Shown here piece after piece: positions 12,458-27,681 of a stretch of DNA of 64,000 bases (the first letter of the stretch is position 1; every line of letters starts with the position of its first letter). The notes under the pieces were generated by a model, which saw only the letters and a list, made by a program, of their open reading frames with translations, did not search any database and was not told where the DNA came from. The stretch lies in assembly GCF_009914755.1 (NCBI RefSeq), contig NC_060925.1, one strand, 5' to 3'. The position numbers were made by a program, and so were the translations under genes. This DNA is from the human T2T-CHM13v2.0 reference genome, Homo sapiens.

Positions 12458-12493
12458 ATCATTTGCCGGCCTTTTGGCTAAGATCAAATGTAG
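12458..12493 (+). pseudogene. 3'-truncated (tailless) U2 snRNA retrocopy, U2 nt 1-36
   Basis: atcatttgccggccttttggctaagatcaaatgtag vs U2 ATCGCTTCTCGGCCTTTTGGCTAAGATCAAGTGTAG = 31/36, ungapped and starting at U2 +1; flanked by the direct repeat ttataaatt; no poly(A). Confidence 0.88.
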
Positions 12494-13007
12494 AATTATA
12501 AATTGTGCTGTTTACATAACACTTCAAAGTTAAGAACTTTTTAACATGTACTTCAAAAACAATATACTTCATTTTTGACAATCTGTGTATTGTGTCATCT
12601 GGGATATTTCCTTAGATGACACTATACACAGGTATAGTGTATTTTTTAGAGGTAGGTCAGGCCTATAAAAAATATTATTGACTACATGGATTCACACTAG
12701 GATTGCACATCAACTAAAGCCTGGAGTGAAATAGACTGTCTGTTGTACCAGATGAGGAACTACTTAAGGGCAAAGATGGCACCGTATTCATCTCTGTTTC
12801 CTGGTACATGGGCAGGCATGATGAATTTCACATAATAGATACTGAGTCTCTGTTGTCCCTGACTGAGAGAACAATGCAGAGAACTTCATATGCCACAGGA
12901 CTTGATTAGCAAAAGTATATAAGTTTGCATAAGTCATAAATGTGGTAACCCATTCTAATTTAGGAAAATAGGCATGGGGGGTGGCGGGTTTCTAGGTCAG
13001 GCCAATC

Positions 13008-13202
13008 TAGGATTGCCAGAAAGAAATAGAGGACACCCAGTTATATTTTACTTTTAAATTCAGAAACAGACAACATTTTTGTAAAATTATGTCCCAAATT
13101 TTGTATGGGATACATTTACACTAAAAAAAATTTTTTTATTTACATGATGTTCAAATTTAACTTATCATCCTGTATTTTTATTTGCTAAATCTAGCAACCC
13201 TA
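13008..13202. mobile_element. MER53 hAT MITE, full length
   Basis: TIRs taggattgccaga / tctagcaacccta; internal palindrome atgtcccaa..tgggatacat; perfect 8-bp TSD GGCCAATC at 13000-13007 and 13203-13210. Confidence 0.9.
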
Positions 13203-13279
13203 GGCCAATCTGGTCATTTTAAATCTTTTTCCATTTCTATGCAACAAATTTTGTAAGATAGGTAGTAAAAACATGGTTA

Positions 13280-13740
13280 ATTTATCAAGCAAGTATTTAT
13301 TTAATATCCATTCTACTACACAGTACTTGAAGCTTTAGGGAGGTTACAAGAGAAATAAATCTCGATCTCTGCCCTTCCGGATCTGACAACCTAATTACAG
13401 AGAAAAACTGAAGCATTAGAGGCAAGTGCTCGGTGATGTATAATCGGAGCCAAAGAGCCAAGTACCATTGTAGAGCGTATGTATAGAGAAGAGCTCCATT
13501 TTTGGAGAAGTAAGGGAAGAACTTGACCAAAAAGCACAGATGGAAAATTTAAGATGCATCAAGAGTTGAAGGGAGCAGAGTTGTGAAGAGTCTGGAACTG
13601 CAGGTGCATGGATGTGGATGGGGGCAATATGTAGGGAGACTGGGGGAGGACTCAGGTTATGAAAGTTCTTGAAAGTCACATAGTATTGTTTGGCTTAATG
13701 CATTGATAAGATAATTCCATTGAAAAGTCTTATACATCAA
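13280..13740 (-). mobile_element. L2 fragment
   Basis: ttatcaagcaagtatttattta...tctctgccctt..; purine-rich L2-antisense continuation. Confidence 0.55.
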
Positions 13741-14164
13741 GGAACTCACTAGGATCCTAAGTAGGCTTGGAAGAGAAATTTTAAGATATTTTGTCTGTTT
13801 GGTTAGTTAAAATAATTGACTAACAATAATTAAAAATAATATAAGTACACCAAAGACTTAATATATTTTACCAGTGCATTATAGTTAAGGAGAATTTATT
13901 ATCCTTTATCATTGACCTGCCTTATATATTTCAAAGAAATTTTACATAATCTTTAAAGGTTTCTGTGAGTTTCAAGGTTGAATTTTTTTTACTTTCATAA
14001 AACAGCCATGTAAGCTAGTTTCCCTTAAAGTATCTGATATATTGAAATATGATCTAATGATCTGATATTGAGGTATGATCCAAACAGTACATAGATGTAT
14101 TTGTGCATTATAGGAAAAAAATAGGAAATACAAAAATGAAAGGAATAATGCATCAGAGTTCATT

Positions 14165-14680
14165 ATATGTGTTTCAAGTAACAGAAAACCCAATACAAAC
14201 TGACTTTACAAAGAAATAGGTTTGATTGGCTCTCGTAAGTGGTAGGTCCATCTCAGGACAGTAATCAGAATTGATGGGTTTCTATTCACCTTGGCAGGAA
14301 CAAATTTATTCCGAAGCTGACTTTTCTCATGGTAGCAGGATGGCTGCAGTAGTTCTAGAGTTCACCTCCACAGCATCCAAAAACAGAAACATCTGACTCC
14401 TTAAAACTCTTTCTGAGAAGGACAAAATATGTCTCCCCTAAAATTCTTCAACTAATTTGTCTGCAGATCTCATTGGCGTTAATTGTGTCACATGTTTACT
14501 GCTGATGTAATTCCTTTGCTATCTGAGTACAGAATTAGCTACTATAAGAAAAGTGGGATTACTGTAATTGGGCTAAATAATAACGGGTCACCTCTGTAGA
14601 GTTGTGGCTGCTGGTAGCAGTACAAGGGGAAGGGGTGGAAAGGGTAAAATGGCTGTTGCAGAGATAACCATAATGTGCAC
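14165..14680 (-). mobile_element. Old MaLR LTR (MLT1J/K-like)
   Basis: tttcaagtaacagaaaacccaatacaaactgactt..gatggctgcag..tctcattggc..tgtgtcacatg motifs. Confidence 0.6.
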
Positions 14681-15728
14681 TATAAAGAAACTGCTATAAA
14701 ATAATTATTTCAGGAGGAAAAATGCCTCAAAATCAAAAACTATGTATAAAGTTTTTAATGGCCTATAGGCAGAGCATTGAGCTCTTTAAGGATTTAAATC
14801 TTTAAAGTTAGATTAAATAAAAATTATTTTTGTCTGCCATTTTATTTTATGGTTTTCTTTGAGTTGTTATTCAGATTTGTTGAGTAATAAGATAGCCATT
14901 TTTATTCTTGATATTACATCAAGTAAGAATTATCTTTTACATATGTATCTATTCTTTGCTTTCTGATATTGTACACAGAGAATATTATAATTGGTCATGA
15001 ATCTCTACTATAAGATGTTATGTAATACAATGGGTAGAGAACAAAAAGTCAAGGTAAAAGGCATTAGGGAAGATATATCAAGAGTGTGTCAGAAAAGATA
15101 CAATAATAGATATGAAAGAACAGGAAGTATTTTGATTAGGAATAGTTCAATCTGTGTGTCTTGATTTTCTGTAGTGAAAGGTAAAAATACAAAATGACAT
15201 GCCTTTCACACAGTGATAGAAATCCACGCAGCTTATAATTTAGTACTGTTTTGCTTGTTATTTTGAATTAGGAACTTAAAATTATAGACAGAGTAATAGA
15301 CCATAACAGGTGCATATTATATATGAAGTAGTGTGGGATGGCAAATTTGAAAAAAAGCAATAAAGAGAAAAACTGCCAAAAAAACTTCTTGAAACTGAAG
15401 AACTTTAAAAAAGAGATTATAATTAATTTTGGAAAAGCCAACATATGACTAAAATTGAAAGACCTGGAGAGTGAATTTGGTAGATGAAATCAATTTAGCT
15501 ACATGTAAAAGAGATGAGACTAAATTTTAAGCACCATACTTTCAACATTTTCTCGGCTTAAAAGTTTACAACCCACTCCAAAAATATTTTAGAGATCAAG
15601 AACCAAAGCTTTTGACCCAGGCAAATCTGGAATTATATCCTAGCATTGGTATTTGGTTAGAAAAGTATTCTTCCTGGAAACCTGTTTCTTCATTAGTAAA
15701 ACTCGGGAAGTAACAACACTGTCTCCTG

Positions 15729-15769
15729 TGGGTGGGTAGGTGGATAGATAGGTAGGTAGATAGATAGAC

Positions 15770-15840
<71 letters not shown>

Positions 15841-15842
15841 TA
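15729..15842 (+). repeat. Compound tetranucleotide STR with core (GATA)14(GACA)3, next to a MIR fragment
   Basis: GATA x14 at 15771-15826, GACA x3 at 15827-15838, degenerate GGTA/GGTG units upstream. Confidence 0.95.
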
Positions 15843-16499
15843 ACTGGGCAAGATGATGTCAGTGGAATACCTGGAATAGAAAAATATTCAGTAACTGGTA
15901 TTTATTATTCTATTACAGCTGAAATAAGATTTCCATGTTAATTTACCCTGAATCAAAGAAAAGTAAGATTATGTAACATCTCAGGATAGTTCTAGTGTTG
16001 ACTATTCGACAAAAAATATTGTGGCATGACATTCTCTTTATCTGAAATCTTCAAAGACGTCTTCTAGGAAAACATTCCCTGGTCCATAAAATGTGATAGG
16101 GTTCTGACCCTACACACTTACATCAACACATTTGTGATAATACCACTACTTCCCCAGAGAATTTTCTTGACTCACACAATAACAATATTACATTATTTTT
16201 ATTAGAAGCAACCCTGGAGATTATTTAATTTAGTCCCCAATTTTTACTGATACGTAAGTCCAAAGGGAAAAGTTAATTGACTTTCCTTAGGCCACATGGC
16301 ATGTTAGAGTCCTATCCAAAATTATTACCAAAGACTATGTATTAGGAAAGGAGAGGTTATGCTGCAGTAAAAACAAATCAGAATCTCAGTGGATAACTGA
16401 ACAGAAATTTTGCTTTTTGTCCATTAGTGCTGGCAGGGACCACTGCTCTTCACGAGCCCATCCTAACAAGTAGTTCAACTTTCCACCCAATGCAGAATC

Positions 16500-16940
16500 A
16501 TATGCTTATTATTTCTCTTGCAATGGTCACCCAAGCTCTTTGTGAATATTTTTAGCAATGGAAAAAAATCACTAATTTAAAGGATAGACCATTATATTAC
16601 TGGAAAGTTCTAATTTTTAGAAAACTCTGTAATACGTTAATGATGTTTGCCTATTTCCATCCATCTATCTATCCATTCAACACTTGGCTAGGAGCTCAGG
16701 GTGATACAAATTATTAAGGTATGCCTTCACTGAACAAGAAACTATGCATTCATCGTCACTGTCTTAATCCTTCAAATATTTTTAAAAACTCAGGTACTTG
16801 CTTAAGGGTTCTCCTTTCTAAGACAAGTTTCCAACTTCTCTTGACTATTTTTCAGACATGCTATCTAGACTCCTAACCATCATAGTTACTTTCTTCTGCA
16901 CAGATTGCAGTTGTTAGCTTGGTTTTAGATATTGCATTAT
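16500..16940 (-). mobile_element. CR1/L3 fragment
   Basis: aatgg..aatcacta..ggaaagttctaatttttagaaaactct and ccttcaaatattt..ttctcctttctaagac..ctaaccatc resemble L3 antisense. Confidence 0.45.
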
Positions 16941-17914
16941 CAAATAAAAATATTTATCCAAGTGAAAGTACTCCAAAAAGCAATAAACAAAATGTAATCA
17001 AACTCAGGAGAGGAGTCATAGTTGGAGACAGATATTTAACAGTCATCCTTTCAAGAAGTGAGTTAAAATCAACAGACCAAAAAAAAAAAAATGTCCTTAG
17101 AAAGGAAAAAGACAATTGCAGAGAAAAAAATATTAAACTTAGAAAGTGAAATGATAGTATAAACTCACTGCTGGAACTTGCCCAGAAGTTATTTGTGTTT
17201 CCCCCAGCAGTCATGACAACTTTGCATACAGAGGCAAAATTGGGAAATTTTATTACGCTCATGAAGCCAAAAAATCTCTCCATGGATGAGAGGAATGCAA
17301 CATCCCAACTGATTTTGATCTGGGTTTCTATAACTTATAAAACCTATTTGCTCTAATGAACAGAAGACAAAGAGAGCAATTTACTGTGTAACACTTTCAA
17401 AGCTAATTCTAGATATTTTCAATCCTCTAAGACATTTGAAATTTAAGGTCTTGCTCATTTCACTTATAGAGATCACACATTAACTGTTTTGTGTCTGAAG
17501 GGTGAAGTTCTTGCTTCCTATCAGAGTGCCATAAAACACTCAGAGTGGATACAACATTAGTGAGATGTAGAAAAGTTATACAGATATTTTAAAGTAATTA
17601 GCAGGAAAACCAAGCTATGTATTCTTAATACTTACTCATTTCCTGGAGGCACGTTGATGGTGTCTTCATTTGATGCTGCTTTTACCTCAGCATGACGCAG
17701 ATCAGTTGATCCCAGGCTTCTGGATTGAAAAATCCAGCAAACTGTGTGAACTAACATTCTCTTTCTTTTGCTAAGTAAACATTTTTAAAACACTCATATA
17801 TGACTTTTATTATTTAATTGTAAATGCTTTCACACCCAAATGTAGAAAACAATCATAAGCACAAAACAAATGGCAGGCTTCTACAAGAAAAAATAGGTAG
17901 TAAACTTACACTGT

Positions 17915-18293
17915 CTTTTTTTCTTAAAAGTTTTGTCGAGATGCAATTTACATTCCATCAAATTCAGTTTTACAAATTCAGTTGTTATTTTCACAGAATT
18001 GCACAGCCGTCATCACTGTCTAATTCTAGAACATTTTCATCACCCTTTGAGAAACCGCCCATATCTATTAGCAGTCACTCCATGTTCCCTGTTTCTCCTC
18101 GCCCCTGGCAACTTATTTCTCCATCAATTTGCCGATTTCAGAAATTTCATATAAACAGAATTACATAGCATGGGTCCTTTTGTGACTGTCTTTTCACTGA
18201 GCATCATGTTTTCAGGGTTCATCCATGCCATAGCATGTGTCGGTACTTCATTCCTTTTTATTGACAAATAATGTTCCTTTGTATGATTATACC
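17915..18293 (-). mobile_element. L1MB 3' end fragment
   Basis: ctagaacattttcatcaccc..ctattagcagtcactcc..gttttcagggttcatccatg..tacttcattcctttttattgac. Confidence 0.85.
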
Positions 18294-18482
18294 GTATGTC
18301 ATTTTTTTAAAAAATAGAATATAACACTTTTATAAATGCAGAAAATTTGTTATAAAATGTTATTTTTATATTACACATATGTGTAACTATTTTCTTAATA
18401 TAAATCCATCAGTTTGGAGCTTTATAGTCTTTCGTATACATAAAGTTGAACTCCAATACCCAAATTCCTCCAGTATTTAGGG

Positions 18483-18804
18483 TTTTGTTTTTTATTTTTA
18501 TTTATTTATTTTTTAAAAGACAAGAGTCTCACTCTGTCGCACAGTCTGGCATGCAGTGGCACAGTCATAGCTTACTGCACTCTCAAACTCCTGGGCTCAA
18601 GTGATCCTCCCTCATCAGCCTCCTGAGTATCTGGAACTACAGGTGTGTGCCACGATGCCCAGATAATTTTTTATAGAGAAGTGGTACTATGTTCTTCGTT
18701 ATGTATATTGTACAAGCTGTTCTCAAACTCCTAGCCTCAAGTGATCCTACTGCGTTGGCCTCCCAAAGTGCTGGATTTACAGACATGAGCCACCGTGCCT
18801 AGCC
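18483..18804 (-). mobile_element. AluJ (Jo/Jr-like), diverged
   Basis: Reverse Alu with ctcctgggctcaagtgatcctcc J diagnostics; TSD tccagtattt at 18469-18478 and 18807-18816. Confidence 0.9.
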
Positions 18805-20169
18805 AATCCAGTATTTTGTTTTAATTAGGCACTGGTTGAAATTCAATTTCATAAAAGTATGCAGTGAAAATGAAGGTAAATTTTTAACAATATTACACTC
18901 AATATAGAATATTGTCAGTAAGCTGAGAGGTGCCAGAAAAAAACAGCCTCCATATATCTACAGTTGCTTGCCCTAGGTGAGGGAAAAAAAAACAGACATT
19001 AAGAAGCCACATCCAGGTGAGGGCTGCAGGAAGACAGCTGTATGGTGCTCACTACTCCACGCCGGCCACTCATGCTGGGCTTTGTAGCTGAAACACCGAT
19101 CATTCAATATAAAGCAGTCAGGGATTTATCACAAAGGTGTTTTAGGCTGGTGAAAATTTTGTCATGGGCTGGCTTCAGTCACTGGCCCATGAAATAGCAG
19201 AAATCCTCCCCAACTCTTTAGAAAATAAATGAACAACAAAAATGCATCTGAGTCATGCCAGCTAGAGCTCCATGTTCATGACTGGTAAATGGGCTCTGAC
19301 AACTGTGCTGGAGCAGTTTGGCCACATGAATGCCAAACAGGCTTTCTCCTCGGAGACTTTACCCTTGGTTTTTCCACTGCCAGGCTTGCTCTGCCCCTGG
19401 CTTGCTCCTTTGTTTCCTTCAGATCTCTGCTCAAACATCACTGGAGAAGCTTTTCCCCATTATCTCATACAAAATAACAACACCCACTATCACCACCACT
19501 TATTCAGCCTGGACAAAATTTTAAGCCTCATTGTGTCTCTAAGAGATATCTCATACAACTTGATTGTGTTAACCAGTATTAAGATACTGCCTAACTACTT
19601 TATCATTGCCATAAAACATCACTGTAAATATCTCCCTCTGATATGCTGTCTATTATTTTACAAGGAATGAGAGCTTTGACAGTGGCCATAGGTAAGGAAG
19701 GAAGGGGAAAGTTGGAGCATATCTGCATATGCATAAAACACAGAAAATATAACTCTCTCGTAGCAGTTTTTACATTTTTGATGCTGATCCTGGGAGTTGG
19801 GATGACATGGGATAGTTTATGTGATTCCTCTATAAGCCAGGACCTAATACAACACACTGTTTGCATTTTTCCTTCCTCCCAAACTCTTAGTACTTTTATC
19901 CATATAAATTAGAGTTGTCACATAATGTTTGCTCAAATAAAGGAATGTGCTGTTTGAGTCTAAGAGCAGTCAAGATGTCATGGAATGTGCTTTTATGTTT
20001 GGGGATGTGGGGTGGAATAGGTTTTCTAAAATTCTTTCCAAACAATATTTTGTGATTCACTAGTATAAGCTTCTTTTTAAATAGACAAAAATAACCAACA
20101 ATAGAAGGAAGCATTCTGACAAACAGCATAGTAACTATAGTTACCAGTTATTATCACAGATGTACTACA

Positions 20170-20390
20170 GTACAATGTAAAGAATTCTGGTGAAAGAGGA
20201 CCTAGGTTTTAACACAAGTTCTGCCACTAATTAGTCATGTGACTTCAGACATATTGTTTAACTCCTTTGAGCCTTAGCATCTTCATTTGCAGTAGTTGCT
20301 CATCTAGATTTGTTCTTGCCCATCTCCTACAATTGTGGTGATGATCAAATAATATAAAGTATGTGAAAGTAATTTAAAAAGAGCAAAGTA
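20170..20390 (+). mobile_element. MIR
   Basis: ctgccactaattagtcatgtgacttc..tttaactcctttgagccttagcatcttcatttg. Confidence 0.7.
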
Positions 20391-20395
20391 ATCTA

Positions 20396-20741
20396 CAGGT
20401 TGAGCATCCCTAATCTGAAAATCTGAAATCTGAAATGCTCCAAAATCTGAAACTTTTTGAGCACAGACATAATATTACAATTAGAAAATTTCACACCTGA
20501 TCTCATATGACAGGTCATAGTCAAAACTTAGTTCCATGCACAAAAATTATTTTAAAATATTGTATAAAATTACCTTCAGGTTATGTGTATAAAGTGTATA
20601 TGAAGCATAAATGAATTTTGTGTTTAGACTCTGGTCCCATCCTCAAGATATCTCATTATGTATATGCAAGTATTCCAAAATCTGAAAAGAAAATTGAAAT
20701 CCAAAACACTCTGGTTCCAAGTATAAGGGATATTTAACATG
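20396..20741. mobile_element. Tigger4b/MER46-type TcMar-Tigger MITE
   Basis: TIRs caggttgagcatccct / agggatatttaacatg with TA target duplication; (aatctga)n internal motif. Confidence 0.88.
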
Positions 20742-22669
20742 TATAACTGTTGAGTTAAGAGAAATGGCTTATTTTAATAAGAAACAAGAGTTGTTTAGTG
20801 AAGTTGTTTTGCATATTTAAAATAAAGACAAATATAACACTAAAATAACAGAAAGTTCTTTTAGTTGCTTAATCAATGGCTATAGATTACTATTTAATAT
20901 GGATTTACAGTTGTGTCAGTTAGTTTTTTTTTATTGTAGGCCAGAAAAACCAACTGGCCATTTTAGGTAAAGATGAACACTTACTAGAAAGATATCCAGG
21001 CTCATAGAACTAATAGGGGCCTAAAGAACTTTACATGGAAAAAGGACAGGAACCAAGAGAGTTCTAGACTGCTGCTCAGAATTCACAGAACAGTGATGGT
21101 CTGGGCCACACAATGCTGATTTTCTGAGGATGGCAATTTACAAAGACCTCCATGTAACCGTGACAGTTGTTCAAGATTCAAATTCCTGCTGCCTCCACAA
21201 TGTACAATGAGGGATGTCATTAAAAGGAAGATCAAGGTTCTAATGCAACAAGGGGAAATGGATATCTGACAAGCAAAATAAACAAAAATAAAGCATCCTC
21301 TAATATTCTACATATTATATGCTTTCAATCGATGCTTCGTTTCATTCACTGATATTTGTAACTTAAGATGTATTAGTTCAAGGCCATGTTTTTCTTAAAA
21401 CTTTAAGTAAAATTATTTGAAAACAAGGACACTTATTTATTTTGTGTGAGGTCTAATGAGATCAAAGGAGCCATGGAAGAAAGATTTTAGGGTGACAAAT
21501 TTTGAAATGCTATTTCATGGTTGTGATTGTAGTTTCTCAAAACTTGAATGATCATTGATTATTTTTTTTCCTCCTACTTAAAAAGGAATCTTTTGAAATG
21601 AAAAAACTACTTGTATCACTATAATTGCTGCTTAAACAGTTGTCATGATTGAGAATATGAAATGTGTTGCTCGAGATTTAACACAGCCTAAACTTGCAAA
21701 TGTAGAACAAAAAAATTGCCACTTGTTTAATAAAGTTGCCCCATTTTAAAATTTCATGTTAACACTAATTCCCTTAAGGGTTTGTCTTTCATAAACAAGG
21801 AATGTTCTGTAGCCTTGGCATAAGTAGCCCCACATATATCTATGGAGGGCTCTCCTTAGATCCTGGGTTTGAATAAAGGTCTAAAAAATGACCTTTTAAA
21901 ATGTCTCACTTTCTCACCAATGATTTTGTGCATGATTCTATCCTCCAGTAGAAAACTTAGATTCACCTGACGTAAGTCATGTATCCACTCTTCGATTAAT
22001 GTTTCCAGAAATACAAGAACCTATAACTAACAAGGCTGCATGATTTTGTCCCCCAGCGCCAAATGTATACAATTTTTCTGAATATATAAAACTACATCCA
22101 GGACAAAACTATCTCATATATATGCATATGTGATACATAAATGATCAAAATTTGACTCTGTTTAATCTCTTTCCTAAAGCATCTTTTTTTCCATATATGT
22201 TCTTTAATTGCAATTATTTTGGCATTTAAATGAATGCCATTATTTCTTTCAATAAATAAATAATGTAGATTAACTCTCTAAAGCCCCAAGGAAGAGTGAG
22301 ATGAAGGACATGAAGATTAGCAAAAACATAGTTTGCATGTGGAAAATAGTAAATAATTTTTGCTTACTCAGATTTTAGTTTTTGCTTAAAATGTTTTATT
22401 ATTTAAAAATTTATAGTACCAGCAACTCTTAATTATGTGAGTCAATGAGAAACTGACATCTGTAGTATCCCAGTCATTTTTTGAGCAGTTTTATAATCTT
22501 CTACAAGTTTATAATGAGTAAGATGACTTACTCATGCCATCATTTATTTCTAACATTTACCCAAATATCAAATATCATTAAAATCTGATTCAACAACAAA
22601 TTTGCTGATTTTTCCTGCCAATTTTTGAGAAATGATACAAAAAACTCAAGATTTTAGGTAAAATATATC

Positions 22670-24560
<1,891 letters not shown>

Positions 24561-24916
24561 ATAAAAGGAATTAAGGGCCTTAAATGTATAAATTAACTGT
24601 ATTTTATAAAGTTTCTTTTAAAGTGGTGGGTAGTTGAGAAACAGATATCAAAGGCAAGTTCTCCTAAAGTCTCCTTTATTGGCTTATATGCCTGGACCAG
24701 AAGAAACCGAAAAGACAGATGAACAGCTAAGAAGGCAGGAAATGCAACAAAAGTTTACTGATCATCTGCTCTGTGCTAATCACTTCATATGCAATAGCTT
24801 TTCTGTCCTCAAAACAACCCTGCCCAATAGGTTTTGTTATCTTCACTAAATTTAAGGACCTTAAAGCACAACGAGGTTAAAGAATGTACTAAAGGGTATA
24901 CAACTAGAAAATAGAG

Positions 24917-25046
24917 CTGGGCATGGTGGATTGCACTTGTTATCCCTGCTACTGGGGAGGCTGAGGCAGGAGGATTGCTTGAGCCCAAGAGTTCAAGACT
25001 GCAGCAAGCTATGATCACACCTCTACAGCCTGAGAGACAGAGTGAT
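24917..25046 (+). mobile_element. Alu monomer (FRAM/AluJ right arm)
   Basis: gctgggcatggtgg..ggaggattgcttgagcccaagagttcaagactgcag..ctatgatc. Confidence 0.8.
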
Positions 25047-25466
25047 AACTGATTTTACTGGATTGGCCATCTTGATACTGGGGAAAGGAGCAAAATGGGT
25101 CACAGGTGACCCCTAGGTTTCTGCTACAGGATATCTGTGGAAGCAAAAAGAAGGGAGGCATAGAATCCAGGGACCAGGGCCCAGTTCAGAAGAGCAATAA
25201 AGGAATATCTTACAAAGCCAGGTGGGCATCACCTTGAGAGAGCAATCTTCCCATGCTGCAGCCGGCTATACAAGGCACAGGAGTGAATTGGTCTAGAATA
25301 AAATGTAGACCTACCAATTTATCCGATGTGCTTTACATTTAGAAATATAATTGCTTGACATTTGACAGAGCTTTTTGAGCATTTGGAGAAAATTAAGGAT
25401 AAATGTTTAGAAAAACAAGCTAAAAAATGAAGCAACTTCAGGAACAAAAAAAAACTTTTATGAGTA

Positions 25467-25711
25467 GCATATACATAGGATGAACAAATCTAGAAATCTA
25501 ATGTACAGCATGAGGACTATAGGTAATAAAACTGTACTGTATATGAAATTGATGCTTAATGAGTAGATTTTAGCTACTCTTGCCACAGAAACAAAGAAAA
25601 GTGAGGTGATTTATATGTTAATTTGCTTCACTACAGTAGCCTTTTTGCTATCTATGTGTATTCTGTAACATCATGTTACATACTTTAAATATACATATTA
25701 CATTTATGTTT
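25467..25711 (+). mobile_element. L1MA (MA7/8-like) 3' end inserted in older HAL1/L1ME-like sequence
   Basis: atgaacaaatctagaaatctaatgtacagcatgaggactatag..; perfect 19-bp TSD aaaaaaacttttatgagta at 25448-25466 and 25712-25730. Confidence 0.85.
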
Positions 25712-27109
25712 AAAAAAACTTTTATGAGTAAAGCAAACACAGGGAACAAATCCACATTATTAATGTCAGCATTTACTACTGATTTAACCGAAGATTTGGA
25801 TGTAAGTATGCTGGGAAGATTAGGAAAAAAACTGATGGTGGCTTTGGTGGTGAGAGATGATATGATTTTTCAAGTGCCATAATATGAAATAAATACACGA
25901 TCTCTACAATTGATAGAAAAAGACAAAGAAATACACGCACATCTTTAGAAATGTAGAAGAAAATACAAGAAGTAATAGCTAAAAGAGTTGAAAGAAACTA
26001 TCTCTGGAAGAGAGATTGCGGGATGTGAAGAAGAGGAAAAAGAACTGAGATATTTTTATTTAAAAAAGTTTAAAGAGAAAAATAGAATTGAGCTAGAAGA
26101 GAAAAACACAGGGATTAGTTCTTTGGTAGAGCTGATCAAATTTGACAATATAATAGCACTTCCTTTTGAAAATGATTTATCAATGCGTCTTATAAAAGCC
26201 ACACTAATAAAAATATATGTCCAGGGCGCAAGTATATTATAAAACATGATTTGAGCAAATAAGGTAAAAAGTAAAAATGTAATTTCATTAAGGTGTTTCA
26301 ATTTCTGCTATCTGTTCTTTTCACTACTTCTTTTAATAGTTGTTACTTGGTTATTGAATGTTTTAATATTATTCATTTCCAGCTTATTAGTATATGACTT
26401 GACAGTTTGTTATACTCTAGAGAATTAATCCCCTGTCAACTCCGAAAGGCTGATTTCATTCTAGAAGTGAGTCCAAATTGCCACATTAGTGGAATGCCCT
26501 CTCTGATTTAGAACCACTTTGAGATCCAATTCTTGACCAGGCACTCTTAGAAAGTCAGGCCACTCTTAACTTGTTACAGAAATGTAGGATTACTTCATAG
26601 AGATTATGAAGCTGACCTTGCATAGAACTGACTTCTAGTCACATGTAAAATTCATATATAGACATTTGCTTTCAAAAATTAGGAGAGCTATATAAGGCCA
26701 GGAGTCAGGATCTACTATAGCAAATATGTACTGCGTCTTTCTATAATGACAATTAATTAAATGATTTCTAAGAGACAACCATAAATATGTTACAGAATCA
26801 AATGCGAAATTCATCTGAATTGTGAAGATTAAAAATCATATTTACTGTATTCTGTTGTTAGAGATACTGTGGCAGAAAAGTTTAAGAGACCCTGGACTAG
26901 ACTTCAGAGAAAATGAGCAGTTCCCCAGATTATGAGAAATGATGGGAAAGAAAAGAAGCAAAGGATATGAATAATGTAAGCTCACCCTTATTGCCTCCTA
27001 GCCAGCATTATTTAATTTCAAAGGTCAGCTCCAAAATCCCAATAGAGCCTCTAATTACAGAGACAAAGAGCAGCCCAAAGTGAAAAGTCTGGGGTAGGGA
27101 AAACCACTA

Positions 27110-27225
27110 AAGTCTTAGAGTTGGGCAGACTTAAGTTTGAATCCCAGCTTGGGGAAGGTTCTCAGCCTCAGTTTCTCTCCTATGTAAACTGGAGAATATA
27201 GCATCTACCTTGAAAGATTGTCTTA
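27110..27225 (+). mobile_element. MIR fragment
   Basis: cagacttaagtttgaatcccagct..gcctcagtttctc..tgtaaactggaga. Confidence 0.65.
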
Positions 27226-27681
27226 CTCCTATCTTATTTTTATCATCTACTGACCCTGTGGTAATTCTTCTTCACGTTATATATTATATAACATAATATA
27301 TGTGAAATGTGAGTATGGTGTCTGCAAAACATAACCTTTCAACAAATGACGGTAATTGCTATGAGCTACAATACAGTAAAGAATACAAAAAAGCTGGCCT
27401 CTCCCTATAAAATGAGAAATGATAGTTGCACTTTCCAGAAAGGAAGTTATCTTCTATTCCAAATTAACAGTGATATAAAATGAAATAAATCTTTTGCAGA
27501 TGTTTTTTCTTCCAAAATGTATGTGGAAATTAATTTTAATAAAATCCTAGAGATATGTATCCCTTCTATGCATAGAGGCAATTTGTTGTTTCTATAACGA
27601 ACCTGAAACAGCACTAAGAGAGTTAAGACCAGTCAGAGATTAGAGGAAACAACAATATTCTACCTCTTTCTTTAGAACCAT

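Noticed and set aside
18960-19022. Two AG|GTGAGG donor-like motifs 40 nt apart
   Set aside because: No convincing polypyrimidine tract or acceptor upstream to define an exon or recursive site.
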